Source of the DNA: the human T2T-CHM13v2.0 reference genome, Homo sapiens
Length of the DNA: 64,000 nucleotides
NCBI RefSeq assembly: GCF_009914755.1
Contig: NC_060948.1
Reading direction: 5' to 3' (one strand)
In this document: positions 1 through 15,171 of the stretch, piece by piece
Numbering within the stretch: the stretch's first letter is position 1
How the letters are laid out: each line of letters begins with the position of its first letter
Notes under the pieces: generated by a model
The model's database searches: none
The model's input: only the letters and a program-made list of their open reading frames with translations
Told to the model about the DNA's origin: nothing
Program-made: the position numbers and the translations under genes

Positions 1-453
1 TGACCTTCTAGGAACCCTTGACTGGTAAGGAAAGAATGTACCACATTCACACAACTTCAGTAAACAAACTGAGAATGTGTCCCCTCCCAAGTGCTAGCAG
101 GGCACTTCACATGCAGACAGCTTGCTACAAAGGAAGAATAAGGAGAGAAAGTATGCAAGACCTCAGAATTATACCAACATATATGACTGCAAGTCAGAGG
201 TTAAACCTGGTACTTGATTCAAGATGACTTAAGAGCAAGTCATCTGGTTGGCCCTTTCCAAGCTACTTTACTCTCTTTCTTTCCTGATCGAAAACCTTTT
301 TAATACACTTTCACTTCTGCACTAGAACTTGCCTCAGTCTATTTCCCTGCCTTATGTGCCTCAGACAAATACTTTTTTTCTGATGAGGCAAGAACTGAAG
401 TTGCTGTAGACCCATATGGTTTCAATGCCGCACTGGATTCAGTGCTGCTAACA
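1..453 (+). mobile_element. ERV1 LTR, 3' part, MER41-like
   Basis: Resembles recalled MER41 R/U5 (ttggccctttccaag...tttttaatacactttcac...gaggcaagaactgaagttgctgtagaccc) and ends in ...gctaaca at 453; truncated by window start. Confidence 0.7.
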
Positions 454-459
454 ACCCTG

Positions 460-1870
460 TCACCCACTTATCCCCAGATCGATCTGGAAAATAGAAAACT
501 CTAGTGAAGACACATTGTTTATTCCATGCATGTTAAGTCAGAGCACACTTAGGAAGACATGGAAGCCAGTCCTTTATGCTTTCATCTCCACCCATTTTAG
601 ACAATCAGTGTTTTAATTGCCTATTTTACAATAGTTTTAATCACACCATTACTCTGGGGAGGATACCTCTCTGCCTATTGTTGGATATTATGGGCTGTAC
701 AGAATGTTTTTTGATCTAAAGAAATGACAGTCAGCCATCCAAATCCATGCAATATCTTCTGTTCTATTTATTGTGTGGCACTCTGAGAATTAGCATCTTC
801 CCCCATGTAATGGAAGCCCACTCCAGACTCAGTGTCTACTCCTCTATTCTCTGTCCCCTTTGAGAATACCAGTCTTGGTATTGCTTGCCAGACATGTACA
901 GGGCTTTCTCACCAGAAACTCTGCTCCAGAGCCATCTGCAGTATATGTCTTGCTGGCTGACAAGCATAGCGGTTCTTACTGGCCTTAATGGCCTGAGACA
1001 ATGTAAGAGGACTTATCTAGATTTGGCCCATATCTGCACTGCTGCAGAAACCCCATATACATCCATTTCATGGCTGCAAGTGACCACCTCAAGGGAACAC
1101 ATGGGGATATCTACTTATCAATTCTAGTCACATTCTGGAAGGGGGCTTTTTCTGGGTGTATCCATCTGTCTTACTTTTTGAGTATGGAAGGGGGCACTTT
1201 GTGTGGGCATCCACTTGTCTTACTTTTATGCACCCCTGAAGTTTCTATAGTAATTTCTACATGGCCATGCCCCATACTGGCATTGTTTTAATTGGCCAAT
1301 TAAATTGGTCATTGTCCTTCTGCCTGACCATGTGACCAAGCAGGGCATTGGCTAGCCATTACCCATGAGTTAGTTAGTGAAAACTCAAAACAGAGTTAAT
1401 TCTTTCATTATTGTGGGAAAACAGCATGCAGTTCAGCTCCCTGAGCCACCTTGTTTTCTTCTTTTTTTTTTCTAATCAAAGTAGAAGACTCCATACATGT
1501 TGCTCATTCACCTTGTAACTGTCATCCACAAACCCAGCAGCTCTTTGTTGGTCAATTGATAGCTCTTTGTCAGGCTCTGTAGAATCCAGCAGCTCCTCAC
1601 TGTTCTAGAGTCAGGTGTAGGGTAAAACAGGCTCTCTGCTCATGAGTATCTCCTCCTTGCAGTCCACCAGTAGAATCATCCTTTATAACAGATTTGCACT
1701 TTTTCATGTATTTCATATCTTTTGGGTATTGCTTCCCTTATTAGAGCGTTTCCTAGGAACCAGCTCAGATGTCAAGATCAAGTGTCAAAATTACTTCATG
1801 TCCTCCATCATAGAGGTAGCTTTAGTCACTGTCCCAGAGCAAGGTCGTAGTACATGCCCCTTAAATAAAC
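460..1870 (-). pseudogene. Decayed ERV-L (class III) pol remnant, RNase H/integrase region
   Basis: Minus-strand translation gives RNase H-like motifs in the right order: GFVDDS (~1515-1535), AQGAELHA (~1424-1446), GCIKVRQVDAH (~1203-1235); many frameshifts. Confidence 0.6.
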
Positions 1871-1934
1871 TAACTTTGTTTCTTTCTTTCTCTCTCTCTT
1901 TCCGTTTCTTTCTTTCTTCTTTCTTCTGTTTATA

Positions 1935-2091
1935 AAATTTTTGTTTTTCTTTATTTCTTCTAAAAATAACCTGTGCAGAAATTACAGGTTTTTTACGTAG
2001 GTATATGTGTGCCACGGTGGTTTTTCCTGCACTTATTGACCCATCCTCAAAGTTCCCTCCCCTCAGCCCCACCCCCAACAGGACCTGGTGT
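1935..2091 (-). mobile_element. L1PA (L1PA8-like) 3' end fragment with (TTTC)-rich tail
   Basis: ttatttcttctaaaaa...gtgcaga...taggtatatgtgtgccacggtgg...ccatcctc...aagttccctcccctc matches primate L1 3'UTR. Confidence 0.7.
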
Positions 2092-2289
2092 AAGACTGAC
2101 ATGAATGTTCTTCACCCTTTATTTCTGATTTTAGTAATTTGACTCTCTTTTTTTTTTCTTCATCGGTCTGGCTTTTCTTAAAGAACACATTTTTCTTTGT
2201 TTCTATGATTTTTCTGTCTTTTTGACTGCATGAGATGCTGCTCCAGTAAATCAAACTCTGTTTTAATATTTAAGTGATGCCAAAAAAGT

Positions 2290-3561
<1,272 letters not shown>

Positions 3562-4097
3562 TGAGGGATAAGAAAAAAAGAACCATTTTGGAAAAACTCA
3601 GGCTGCACCTGCACACAGATAAGCAATTTGTATAATTAGTGAAATCCTAGGGAAAAAAAAAAGGTATCTCCCTTTCAGGCATATATGTGGTGGAAATATG
3701 CACAGGGCTGAGGATGGCTTATCAAAAACAACCCACTTTATACAAGGAAAATAAGTGGCACTGTGTGCTTGCCTGGAGGCATACCCACAGCTACATAAGA
3801 TAAGGGGAGTTGCACACACAGGTTTACTGATAAGAGAAGTTACTCAAACTGCTACAGACATGAGAGGAGTTTCTTATAAAAGCTTTCGAATTCAGATGTA
3901 ACCCAGCAATGCACTCAGACTCCTCTCTGCTGTGGAGAGCTTTTTTTTTTTTTTTTCATATTAAACTTTCACTCCAACTTTATCTTTGTGTTTACAATTC
4001 TTAATTTTTTTGTCTTGGATAAAGAACAAAAAACCTGGAGTACTTCTTCAGACAACAAGAAACTTCCAAATTAAGGTGCATTGGCAAGAATGCAACA
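3562..4097 (+). repeat. 5' LTR of the MER4-group provirus
   Basis: tg...aaca termini; shares blocks such as cataagataaggggag, agaagttactcaaactgctacaga and aaactttcactccaac with 15172-15697. Confidence 0.85.
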
Positions 4098-5629
4098 TAT
4101 TTTGATCCATTGGCTTGGAAGGAGGGAATTCATCAGAAGGGTGAGTAAGAGCCGACTTTTACCTTTAACTATTTACATTCATCTATGAGTCTTCTCATCT
4201 ATTCCAATCTAGTTTCCTTTCACAGAGGACCTAAGCCAACATGTGGGATTGGAAGAAGGTCCTAGGAAAATTCAAGATTTCTGGCTGGGACTAACCCTCA
4301 GTGTTATCTGAAGGTCCTCAGTGTTATCTGAAGACTACTCCAATCCTTGACAGCCCACCAGTGTGTCAGCACAAGGACCTTCCCTCTTACATTTTCCTTC
4401 TTTTCTCCCATGGCTATTATGTCACCTATCTCTTCATTGTATACAATGTTGCAGGTGTTTTTTCAGCCTAGAGATATAATCTTGCTTGGTAGAGTAAGTT
4501 GGTGTCTTTTTTTGTAACCAGGAATGTAACTTCAAGAAACTGTGTTTTTGTGATTTCCTCGAGACAGAGGAGTTCAAGATTTCTGTCTAAGTATTCACTT
4601 AGTAAGGTCTCTTCTACCCCTCAATAATAGACATTCATGACACTATATGGTCAAATATTTCACCCCAAGTGAATATCCTCTTTTCTCTCCATTTGGATTG
4701 TTTCTTCCCTCTACATTTGGGTTGGTTTTTCCCTCCCCATTTGGGTTGGTTTTTCCCTCCATGTAAAATCCCAGCATTGCCCAATAAATTTAAACAATTC
4801 CTTTATGAAACAAGTTAATTTTCTTGTGCTGGGAGGAATATTATAGGAACAGCCAATTAAACTGAAACCTCTTTTTCTAACTTCTGCCTGAAAGGATGGA
4901 GTCACAGTTTTTACCTAATATTTCAGACCCTACAGCACTACGTAGGGGAATGGGATTTATTTTTCCCCACTGGGAGCCTTGTTGGCCCTTTGTCTAAAAA
5001 CTCTGGTTATCTCCCTTTTATATCCCTCTATTAGAGACTAGGCTTCATGCCCCATTTGAAAACAGCAAAGCTCCAGCTTTAACAGTAAGAGGACGGCCAT
5101 TCCATTTATATGTTCTTTTAAGGCACCTGTTCTACATTCAGCTACATTGGCATTTACACCAGAAATGGGTTTTATGTTTGAAAGTGAATCAGTCTCATTC
5201 TTTGGGGTTTCAATGTTTCACTAGGGCCATAGCAAGGGAAACCAAAGATAATACTAAAACACTTCCTCCATTAAGGAGGGAAGTCCAGCAGATGCCCAGA
5301 TGCAACTGTCACATAGTCTTTCCTGAGACCCATCCATCAAGGAGTGACCCAGACCCAAGTCTACGAGGTCAAAGAATAATCACCATCAGAGGACTAAAGC
5401 CACTTGGGTGAGCATGGCTTGCCCCATTGCTTAGCTCCTCTGCTACCATCATTTGAAGGTCACACTTGAAACCACTGGTGGCATATTCAACACAATGCTG
5501 GGACCCAGGAGCCAAGGAGAAATAACAGTCTGTGGGACACTCCTACTGTCTTCTTCTCCTCCCTGGGTCACACTGAAAAAAAGCAGGAGACAGAGGGATG
5601 CCTCTTTTCTTGTCTATTTTTCTAGAGAG

Positions 5630-6500
5630 GTGACAGTCCAACTTTAATCTGCACCCCTCTGAGTGCACTCTGAAACTTTTAGAACTACTTTGACCCGATG
5701 ACTTTGAAGAAAAAGGTGACCATTTTCTTTTGCACGAGAGCATGACATTTTTTACTAAACCTTCACAAGCATTATGAGATCAACCCAGCTTTTTTAACAG
5801 TCATGGCAGGTAGTCCCATGGAGAATAATTCCGCAGAGTTAGAAAAGCAATTTCTAAAGAAACCATCTCAGAATGCCCCTTATTAATCACCACCTCAAGT
5901 TTTCTTTTCATTGCAGGAACTTACACAAATAAAGGGGGAACTAGGTAGGTTCTCTGATGACCCTAATAAACATAGAGAGGTTTTCCAAAATTTGACCCAA
6001 ATGTTTCATGTTACATGGAGAGATGCTATGCTACATTTAAGCCAAAACCCTAACTGTTACAGAAAAGCAGGCAGTCTTGCAGGCAGCAGAAACATTTGGA
6101 GATAAACAGCGTAACTCCTATAGCCAGTCTAAAAATCTTGAAAGGAAAAAATCTAAGGGATAAAAGAGGATAAGGAGAGACAGGGTCCCCATTCCCAATA
6201 GTAAGAAAAATGAGGCTCCCTTAAAAGCCCTAATTGGAGCCTGAGTGATCTCATAAATGAGTGGAAATTAAAAGAATTTCTGATATACATTTAAAAAGAC
6301 TTGGAAATAAGCAGAACAAGACCTCTTAATTACTCTCAACTGTATGAGTTGCACCAGAAAATATATGGAAATCCACCTGCCTTCTTGGAGAGACTGAGAG
6401 AAGCTTTAGTAAGACACACTTCCCTGTCTTCCAGTTCAGTAAAAAACAGGTTCAATACTCAGGCAGCCCCTGATATCAGAAGAAAGTTGCTGAAATAGGC
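5630..6500 (+). pseudogene. Decayed gammaretroviral gag (CA), HERV-W/9-like
   Basis: ORF fragments ELTQIKGELGRFSDDPNK...FQNLTQMFHVTWRD (5911) and RPLNYSQL...NPPAFLERLREALVRHT...QAAPDIRRKL (6301). Confidence 0.8.
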
Positions 6501-7792
6501 CCTGTCTAAAAATCTTTCTAGTTTTTCTCACCAAACAATCCCACATTCCTAAGCCCTCTCCACTGTACTGTCTCATTCACAATCTTGCAAAACTTGACAG
6601 AAGCATTTAGTCTTTTACTGTAACATGGCCTGGTCCCAATACACATTAGATAATGACAGTCGATGGCCCAAAAATCATACCTTTGACTTGCAAATTCTCA
6701 GGAAGCTTAACAACTTTACAGCGAGGGATGGCAAATGGCAACTGGTTCTCTATATTCAGGCTTTCTTTGATGTCTACCTTAAATGTAACCTTCCACTGTG
6801 TCAAGCTTGCACTGCTCATAAAATCTTTCTTTTTAATAAAAATCCTCCCCAGGTCTTTCCTTACTATGAAACTCCTTTTAACCCAGTAGATAAAGCCCCT
6901 CTGTATTCTTATTCCCTGCATCGACTCCTTGCCCATCCAAATCCTCTACCCCAGTGGCCCCTCCTGCCTCCAAACCCTTAGCCCCCAACCCAACTACTCG
7001 TTCTCCATCTGTTACCAATTCAAAAATCACATCTGCCTTTCCCTTTCTGGGAAGTGGCTGTGGTTAAAGGCATTGCTCACATTAATTTCCCTTTCTCCAT
7101 GTAGGATTTGTTGCAGATCAAAGCTGTAAGTATATTCAAAATGCCTTTATATTTTTCTCTTCATCAATGTTGTTTCATTGAAAAGGTATTTTCCCAATTA
7201 ACTGAATTAATGTTCTCCACTGTGTCTTTCTACTTTTGCTGCATGTATAAAAAACCCTAAAATAATTTATGGTAGCCTGGGACTCCTTGGGAAAGCAGGA
7301 AAAGCACTACAAATCCCATTTTGGGAAAAAATTTCTGTTTTCCTTATGAAATCCCTGGAATTAGAGGTGAATAAGTATCTCTCAAAATCTGTCTTTTTCT
7401 TCCAGCTATATTTGTTTATTAGTCCATAGAAACTTTTTTCATATTACTGTTCTTAAAGGGTCTCACCTGAAGGCCAGTAATACAATTGGGAAATTAGCAG
7501 AAAAAAAAATCTTATAATTACTGAATTTCTTCTTCTTGTCTGCTTGGCTGTATATGTGTTATGTGAGTAATGTCTATTAAAAGAGCTCTAATTAATTGAT
7601 ATATAAAAATTAGCACTGAAATCAAATATTTTTAAGGGAAAGGTAAATGCTGTGAGAACTTTCAGTTCATGTGAAACTTTCCTTACACACCTTGCACATA
7701 AACAGTTTCTTCAATAGTTTTAAATACATATTTTACTTTGAAACTTCCTGGTGTATTAAAATAAGAAATCTCTGAAGAGTTGCCAGAATAAC

Positions 7793-8117
7793 TTTCTTTT
7801 CTTTCCTTTTCTTTTTTCTTTCTTTTTTTTTTGTTTTGTTGAGACTGTCTTGTTCTGTCACCCAGGCTGGAGGGCAGTAGCACAATCTCGGCTCACTACA
7901 ACCTCTGACTCCTGGGTTCAAGTGGTTCTCCTGCTTTAGCCTCTTGAGTAGCAGGGATTATAGGCATGCACCACCACAAACAGCTAATTTTTGTATTTTT
8001 AGTAGAGACAAGGTTTTACCATGTTGGTGAGGCTGGTCTTGAAATCCTGACCTCTTGATCTGTCCACCTCAGCCTCACAAAGTTCTGGGATTACAAGTGT
8101 AAGCCACCATGCCTGTC
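7793..8117 (-). mobile_element. AluS
   Basis: Full dimeric Alu with T-rich tail; degenerate TSD tgccagaataac/tgccacatacat. Confidence 0.9.
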
Positions 8118-11100
8118 TGCCACATACATTTTTTTTGCATTAATTAACTAGGCAATTTCATCCCTATTTCTGGTAAATACTATAAGGTGTGAAAACTTGG
8201 CAGAGAGGCTACAAAACTATTACCCACTCCAAACAAAATAATCTTTGCTTGTGTAATTTTTAAATAAATAAAACAGCAATATTTGTTTGATGATGATAGC
8301 TACATATTAACCTATTTAGTGAAATATTCTAGCTTACAATCTTCTGGCCTCAGGCAGTCTAGTCCACAGACATGAAGGAAGTTTGTTTTAGGAAAGGACA
8401 GTTATCATCACTGATATTAAATAAAAGACAATTTATATAAAAAAGAATCTTCTGTGGTAAATTCTTGTCCTAAAATAATTTAACTGGTTGTTTAAAGAAA
8501 TAGATATTTATGAAAAGCCAGAAAGTTGGGGCATGTCAGAGACTGTCTGTAAAAGTCAGGAAAAATTTTATAATAGAGAATTTATGCAAGAAATGTTGCA
8601 CAATTTAAAAGTAATTAGATCCCCTGAATGCTTCATAAAATGTCCCTATACCTCTTAGCTGTACAACTTACATGCTTTGCAGCTAGGCAAAACCTAGGAC
8701 ACATGGAGTTAAATATTGAAATAAGCCAGGCCTTATCTGCAATTCTGTCTAGATCCTAGGCTCTAGACCTATCACATAATTAAAATTCAAAACTTACCAA
8801 GGTTTTCAACAAAGGTAAATGTTGCTAAATGTTAACAGTAAAATATGTATTTAAAACTATTGAAGAAACTGTTTATGTGTAAGGTGTGTAAGGAAAATAA
8901 AATACATTTTTGGTAAAAAGATTATAAGGAGGCATAAGATGTGAATTTTTACTTGCACGAAAATGTTAAATAATTGTTTTGAAGGTTTAAGAAACCTTCA
9001 AATGCTGTGTATAAATATATTGACTAAAGTTGAAGGGGTATCATCCAGTTTTTCTGTAATTGAGCTTTGAAATAAAGACACATGTGTTTCTGTTAAAGCA
9101 CTAACCTGTTCTTTAACAAAAATTATAAAGGGTTAAAAAGGGTCTATAAAAAAATCTTACCTTATGGTCAAACATTAAAATTAGGTAAATGTGTCTACAA
9201 GGTTTTATTAAAATTGAGTTTAACATTAATAGCACATTAATATAAGGTGGAATTTTAGCTTATCTGGTATAAAATCATACAGGAAGCACTCTCAAATATA
9301 AAATGGTGTTTGGCTTCCTTTGAGCTATATTTGTATAAATATATTCATATATGTTTCAAAGTTATGGGAAACTCCTATAATTCTGATACATCTTCATGGA
9401 CATTATCAGTAAAAATTATAATTGTTACATTAAAATTATTGTGTGTCACAGAGATAAAAGGTATCTTTGTTGATTGCATCTTTAACTATGTCTACCTTAA
9501 AACACTTTGTCATCCATAAACAATTGTTGTCTTGTTTTGTTCCTCTTTAGAAGATGGTTTTGTAATCAGCTATAAACCTCTAACAGGTGCTCTGAAATGC
9601 AGGTTTCTGATAATTTTAGAGAGTGTAACATCAGAATAGAAGAAAACATTCAGAACACTTGAAAAGCTAAAATGTTCACTAATATCAAGCAGGATAAGAA
9701 TTAACTGTATTAACTAAACTAAAAGGAGGATTGAGTAATCTCTTTAAAGTTTTGCTTAGAACATTGTTAATTCTTTGTTTTGCTTTTCAAAGTCAAATAA
9801 ATTTTTCTTTTGAGCTATTAACAGCTTGTAACAATTTAGTATACTCCCGTAAACAAAATTTGGAGCATACTTGTTTCTCTATACCTGATTTTCTACAGAA
9901 TTTGGAAACTATCTGTTGAGTATTCTTAAGTTATGGCAGTATGGTTATTTCCATAAGTGCAATAAGAATCTGTTTTCTTTTGTAACAGGGCACATTTAGA
10001 AAAGCTGGTTATTTTTACCAACACTTTAACTGGAATTATATGCTTTCCTTTAAGGAATCAAACTTGACTTACAAAGCAAAAAGGCCCTTGGAAAACTCAC
10101 TGCATATTTTGTGTACACAGTCCCTGTACATGGTTTCTGATCTGTGGTAAGTAAAAAAATTACTTTCTAGCAGGCTGGGAAGCCCAAGTTATCTTGGTCC
10201 CTCAAGAGAAGAGAAATTCTCCAACTAATAGGTATTGGACAGTAAAAATCCATGGCTGGGCTTCGCTTTAAAAAGGTCTTATCTCAGATTCCTTCTTTGA
10301 AACAAAGTGCCATATAAACCAATTTAATAGGCAGATGTAACAAATAATTATTCTTGCTGCACTGTATGCAAATAACTGTCAAGTATAGTAAAGCAAACCA
10401 GTCCTATTATAATTTGTCTTTTAATAAAAATGGGAAACTGGAGAGACAAAATTATGTTTCAAAAATGATAGCACATGGATTGTTGAATTCTAGTGTTTCC
10501 TAATGTTTTTCTATTTTTATTATTTTCCACTGCTTAAATTAAACTCTAATTTTTCTGGATATAAGTTTCCATATTAAGCTGTGATTTCTTAAAGCCCTAC
10601 AAACTGAAAAGTAAGTGTTTCATCAAGTACTGCCTCTAACACAGGGCCACCACAGGAATAAATGTCTTCACTGCTGGTGCTGACAACTAATAACTGAGGG
10701 TGCTGAGAAAACTTTCCCCCAAAGTCTAGTGAGTCCATGAAATGCAGGGTGATTAAGATGATATCTGATACAGGAGTCAATTCCTAAATACATCACTCAA
10801 GTCAAAGCCTAGAAATCTAAGAAAGCAACCCAAACAGCCCAAAGAAACACCCTAAATATCAATGTAAAAAAATAGAAAATATTAAGCTGAAAATCATAAA
10901 AGATAGGTGACTAAGTGAAAACTACTCATTTTATTCAGCCTCACACACCTCACCAAATACTTTTGGTGTGTCTACCTCTTTTTTTAAGCCAAATATTAAA
11001 ACATTTTAATGGAAATTATTTACTTTGCCACCCTTGTGGGAACTGCCTTACTCACTGCTATTTGCAGTAGAACAATATGCTATAGCATCCTCAGGGTGGA

Positions 11101-11609
11101 ATATCAGACAAAAAAATCTCAATTATTATAGCATTTTCCCTAATTATTATCCAGATAGCAGGAATAATAGTTACTAAAAGAAAGTAACACATGAGTTCTT
11201 CCAAACACATGCTTCTGCCTCTCATCAGGTAACAAATGTTTCTATAGCAACGAATAGGGCTTAGTAAAAAACACTGCTAAAAACTTAAAGAAAAGGCTAA
11301 AAAGCTAAGGGAATATCAAAACAACCGAATAGATTCTTGGTTTGGATTCAAAATCATAGGATGAGTCATCCCATTCCTGGGACCTCTTCTAATAATATAC
11401 CTGGAACTAATGTTCTTACCTTGCCTAATTAACTTTTTTCAAAGATTTTTAACTGAAAATATCATGGCCATTTTACAGACAACTACCCCAAAATATCTAC
11501 AAATGACATTGCTCCTACAGTAAACCCAAGACCAGAAAACTCTCCATCCCCTTGTCAGCAGGAAGTAGCCTGCAGTCCCTCCTCCTTTTTATAACCATAG
11601 GATCTGGAT

Positions 11610-12105
11610 TGACAGAGCAGGACCACCACCTTGTTGGAACAACCCCTCATTCTAAAGCTGACCTCAATAAAAAACTGCTTAAATCCAAAGGGTGTCAGCC
11701 TAATGGCTAAGGTCAGCATGACCATAAACCACAGATAACTTCTCTAACCAGAAACATTCCAAACTCCTCCCCAACCAGAGATAGGGTAGTCCTGAGATAA
11801 ACTCTGCTCTGGCTGGGAAAATGCTAGCCCTGAGATAACCCCCTTCTTGGTCAGAAAGATGTCTGCCCCAAGATAACCTTACCTCCTGCCAGAGAGATTC
11901 CAACTCCGCTATAAACTTCTCCACACACATAAACATTCCAAGCTTGTGATAAGCCCCCTCAACCTAAAAGTGATATATACTCAGCTTTTAAGAGAAAGTA
12001 CTCCTGACTGAAATTGGCCAGAAGCACCTCTCAGGTTTCCTCTAAAGAAAACCTGTCTTTACCTGCCAGCCGCATTTCTTGTTTCTTTCCTCTTTAACTC
12101 CTACA
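11610..12105 (+). repeat. LTR19-like LTR
   Basis: Starts tgacagagcagga...cccctcattctaaag...cagcctaatggctaaggtcagcatgaccataaacc; internal gagataa repeats; ends ...ctcctaca. Confidence 0.6.
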
Positions 12106-12582
12106 GAAATAAAAGCACAACAAGGTTTTCTTAAGATTTCAATGTGCTTTTTAGAAAATCTTGTGAAGAGTTATAAAAGGTACATGAAAATCTCACATCA
12201 TGATCAAACTGGTTAAAATTGAATAGGATTACCTATAAGCTTTCATTAAAAATTGGGGTTAACCATTAATAGTAAAATAATGCAAGGGTGAAATTTAACT
12301 TGCTTGAACAGGGTTTTCATGTAATAGTAAAGACTGATGAATGGTTTTTGGCTTTTCAAATTTTGACTCATCATTTTGGCAAGACAAATAACTATGTTAA
12401 TCTAAAATTGTATTTCATAACATCAAGTGTTTTAAATTTCAAATATATTTAACAGGCTTACCAAAATCAAACTACAGTCTCAAGGTTGTCTTTCATGACC
12501 TAGGGGTTTGGGTGCTACCGAGGACCCCTGGAGCATCCAGAAGAGAGTTAAACAGGATTATTTAACATGTTTGCATACATGA

Positions 12583-13012
12583 TGTCAGGCCTCTGAGCCC
12601 AAGCTAAGCCATTATATTCCCTGTGACATGAACGTATACATCCAGATGGCTGAAAACAACTGAAGATCCACAAAAGAAGTGAAAATAGCCTTAACTGATG
12701 ACATTCCATGATTGTGAAGTTTCTACCCCACCCTAACCGATCAATGTACTTTGTAATCTCCCCCACCATTAAGAAGGTTCTTTGTAATTCTCCCGACCCC
12801 TGAGAATATACTTTGTGAGATCCACCCACTGCCCACAAAACATTTCTCCTAACTCCACCGTCTATCCCAAAAGCTATAAGAACTAATGATAATTCCACCA
12901 CCCTTTGCTGACTCTCTTTTTGGACTCAGCTCACCTGCACCCTGGTGAAATAAACAGCCTGTTGCTCACACAAAGCTTGTTTGGTGACCTCTTCACATGG
13001 ATGTATGAGACA
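12583..13012 (+). mobile_element. Solo HERV-H LTR (LTR7, LTR7B-like)
   Basis: tgtcaggcctctgagcccaagctaagcc...gaaataaacagcc...cacacaaagc...gagaca; TSD catga/catgc. Confidence 0.9.
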
Positions 13013-14486
13013 CATGCAATTGCCAAAATGATATTTAATATTTTCCAGGTTATATTTTGGGCAATAATATTAACATATATTTCAAAATCATATAGGATTT
13101 CTAAGGTTCTAGTATCTGAACATGTGCTATTAATCACAATTAAGTGTGTTAAGTTGGTTTATGGTGAACCATAAAAATAACCAAATTTGTCCAACATGTT
13201 CTTGACTGTAACTACCCTGGAAATTTTGTCATTTACTGACAATTTTTGTCTTGTTTCAATCTTCTTCTTCTTAAAAAAAAATAGATTATAATCAGCTGTA
13301 GAACTTTAACAGGGATTCTTTCAAATGCTGGTTTCTAATAACAGAAAAACTTACAGGACACATGAAAAGTAGAAACTGAACTAGTAGAAAACTAAAGCAA
13401 TATTCTTGACTTATGCTTGGAACATTGCTGATTCTTATTTTGTTTTTCAGAGTCAAGGACACTTGTCTTGAGCTAGCTACACCCTTTCACAACTCAGTAA
13501 GGTATACTCATTTGAACAAATTGTGGAACATGTTTGTTTTTCTCTGTCTGGTTCTTCTAGAATTCAGAAACTTGTTGTATTCTTGACATCAGTGCAATAA
13601 GAATCCATTGCATTTTTCAACAGGACACAATTTAAAAAACTGATTGTTTTACCTAGGCTTTGACTGGAATGGTGTTTTTTTTTTCCCTTTAAGGAGTGAA
13701 GACTGATTTTGCAGAGCCAATAAAGGCCCCTGGGGAAACTGGCCTCATATCTTGTCATGAAGATTTTATACAGGTTTCCTAACCTGTGGTGAGTAAAGAA
13801 TGTCCCTCTCTAACAGGTCTACCCCATGCTCTTGGAACCTCAAGAAGAGACAAGTTTACCCAACTCACAGGTATTTGAGGATACAAACCCATGACTGGGC
13901 TTGGCTTTAAAAATTCCTATCTGAAATTTCTAGTGGAATAAAGTCTCATCAAATCTAATCTAAAAGGCCTGTGTAAAAATAATTATTCTTGCTGCACTTT
14001 ATGCAAACAATCAGACCAAGCTTAAAACTAAAGTTTATTTTGCAAACAACTCAGTCCTATCATAATTTTTTTAACAGAACAAAGACTGAAAATAAATAAA
14101 TTATATTCAAAACTTATCACACCTCTGTCATTAACTTCTAGTCTCATTTGTTGTTTTTAAGTTCTGAGCTGCATTTTAAAATAATCCTGTCTATTTCTGT
14201 AACCAGCCAGTGATTTCTGGCTGCAGCTCAGAGGAAATAGAAAGGGATGGGTAACGTGAAAATCTGGTAAAATATTCTAGTTCTAGGTAATTATTCTACA
14301 AATTCTGCCAGGTAACCTAAAGCCCCAAAGTTTTTCTGGGGGCTGAACATAAGAAAAAGGAAGCTCAACAAAGCATGGCCCGTGCACCCAAATCTTATAA
14401 AGCATAACTATTGCTAGCAATTATCAGGGTGTGTCAGAAGCCTCAGAATTTTAAAAGTTGTTCTTACCCCATTTGTATAATTTTAA

Positions 14487-14950
<464 letters not shown>

Positions 14951-15171
14951 AATTTTTTTTTTTTTTTCACCTGGAGGCTATCAAGCTCCAAATGGTAATG
15001 CAAATAAAATGAGACATCAACAAGCCTTTTATTTGAGGCACCTTAAATCAGCCCCTGAAGGAGTCTTAGCTGCTGTTTTCCCACACAACACCCCTCTTCG
15101 GCTGGAATTACTCAGAAATCAATATCCAATCTCCCCAACAGCAGTTAGAGTTTCCACTCCTAAAAGGAGAA

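Larger units (their letters stand above)
6531..12105 (+). mobile_element. Nested second ERV1 (LTR19-int-like): gag MA, A-rich internal, env TM tail, 3' LTR; 5' LTR and leader missing
   Basis: A new gag N-terminus (KQSHIPKPSPLYCLIHNL; AWSQYTLDNDSRWPKNHTFDLQIL) follows the first gag; env TM tail VIPFLGPLLII..LMFLPCLINFFQRFL at ~11366-11452; then an LTR. Confidence 0.6.

Noticed and set aside
4297-4761. Short tandem duplications (20 bp at ~4297, 25 bp at ~4714)
   Set aside because: Ordinary slippage in a decayed ERV leader.
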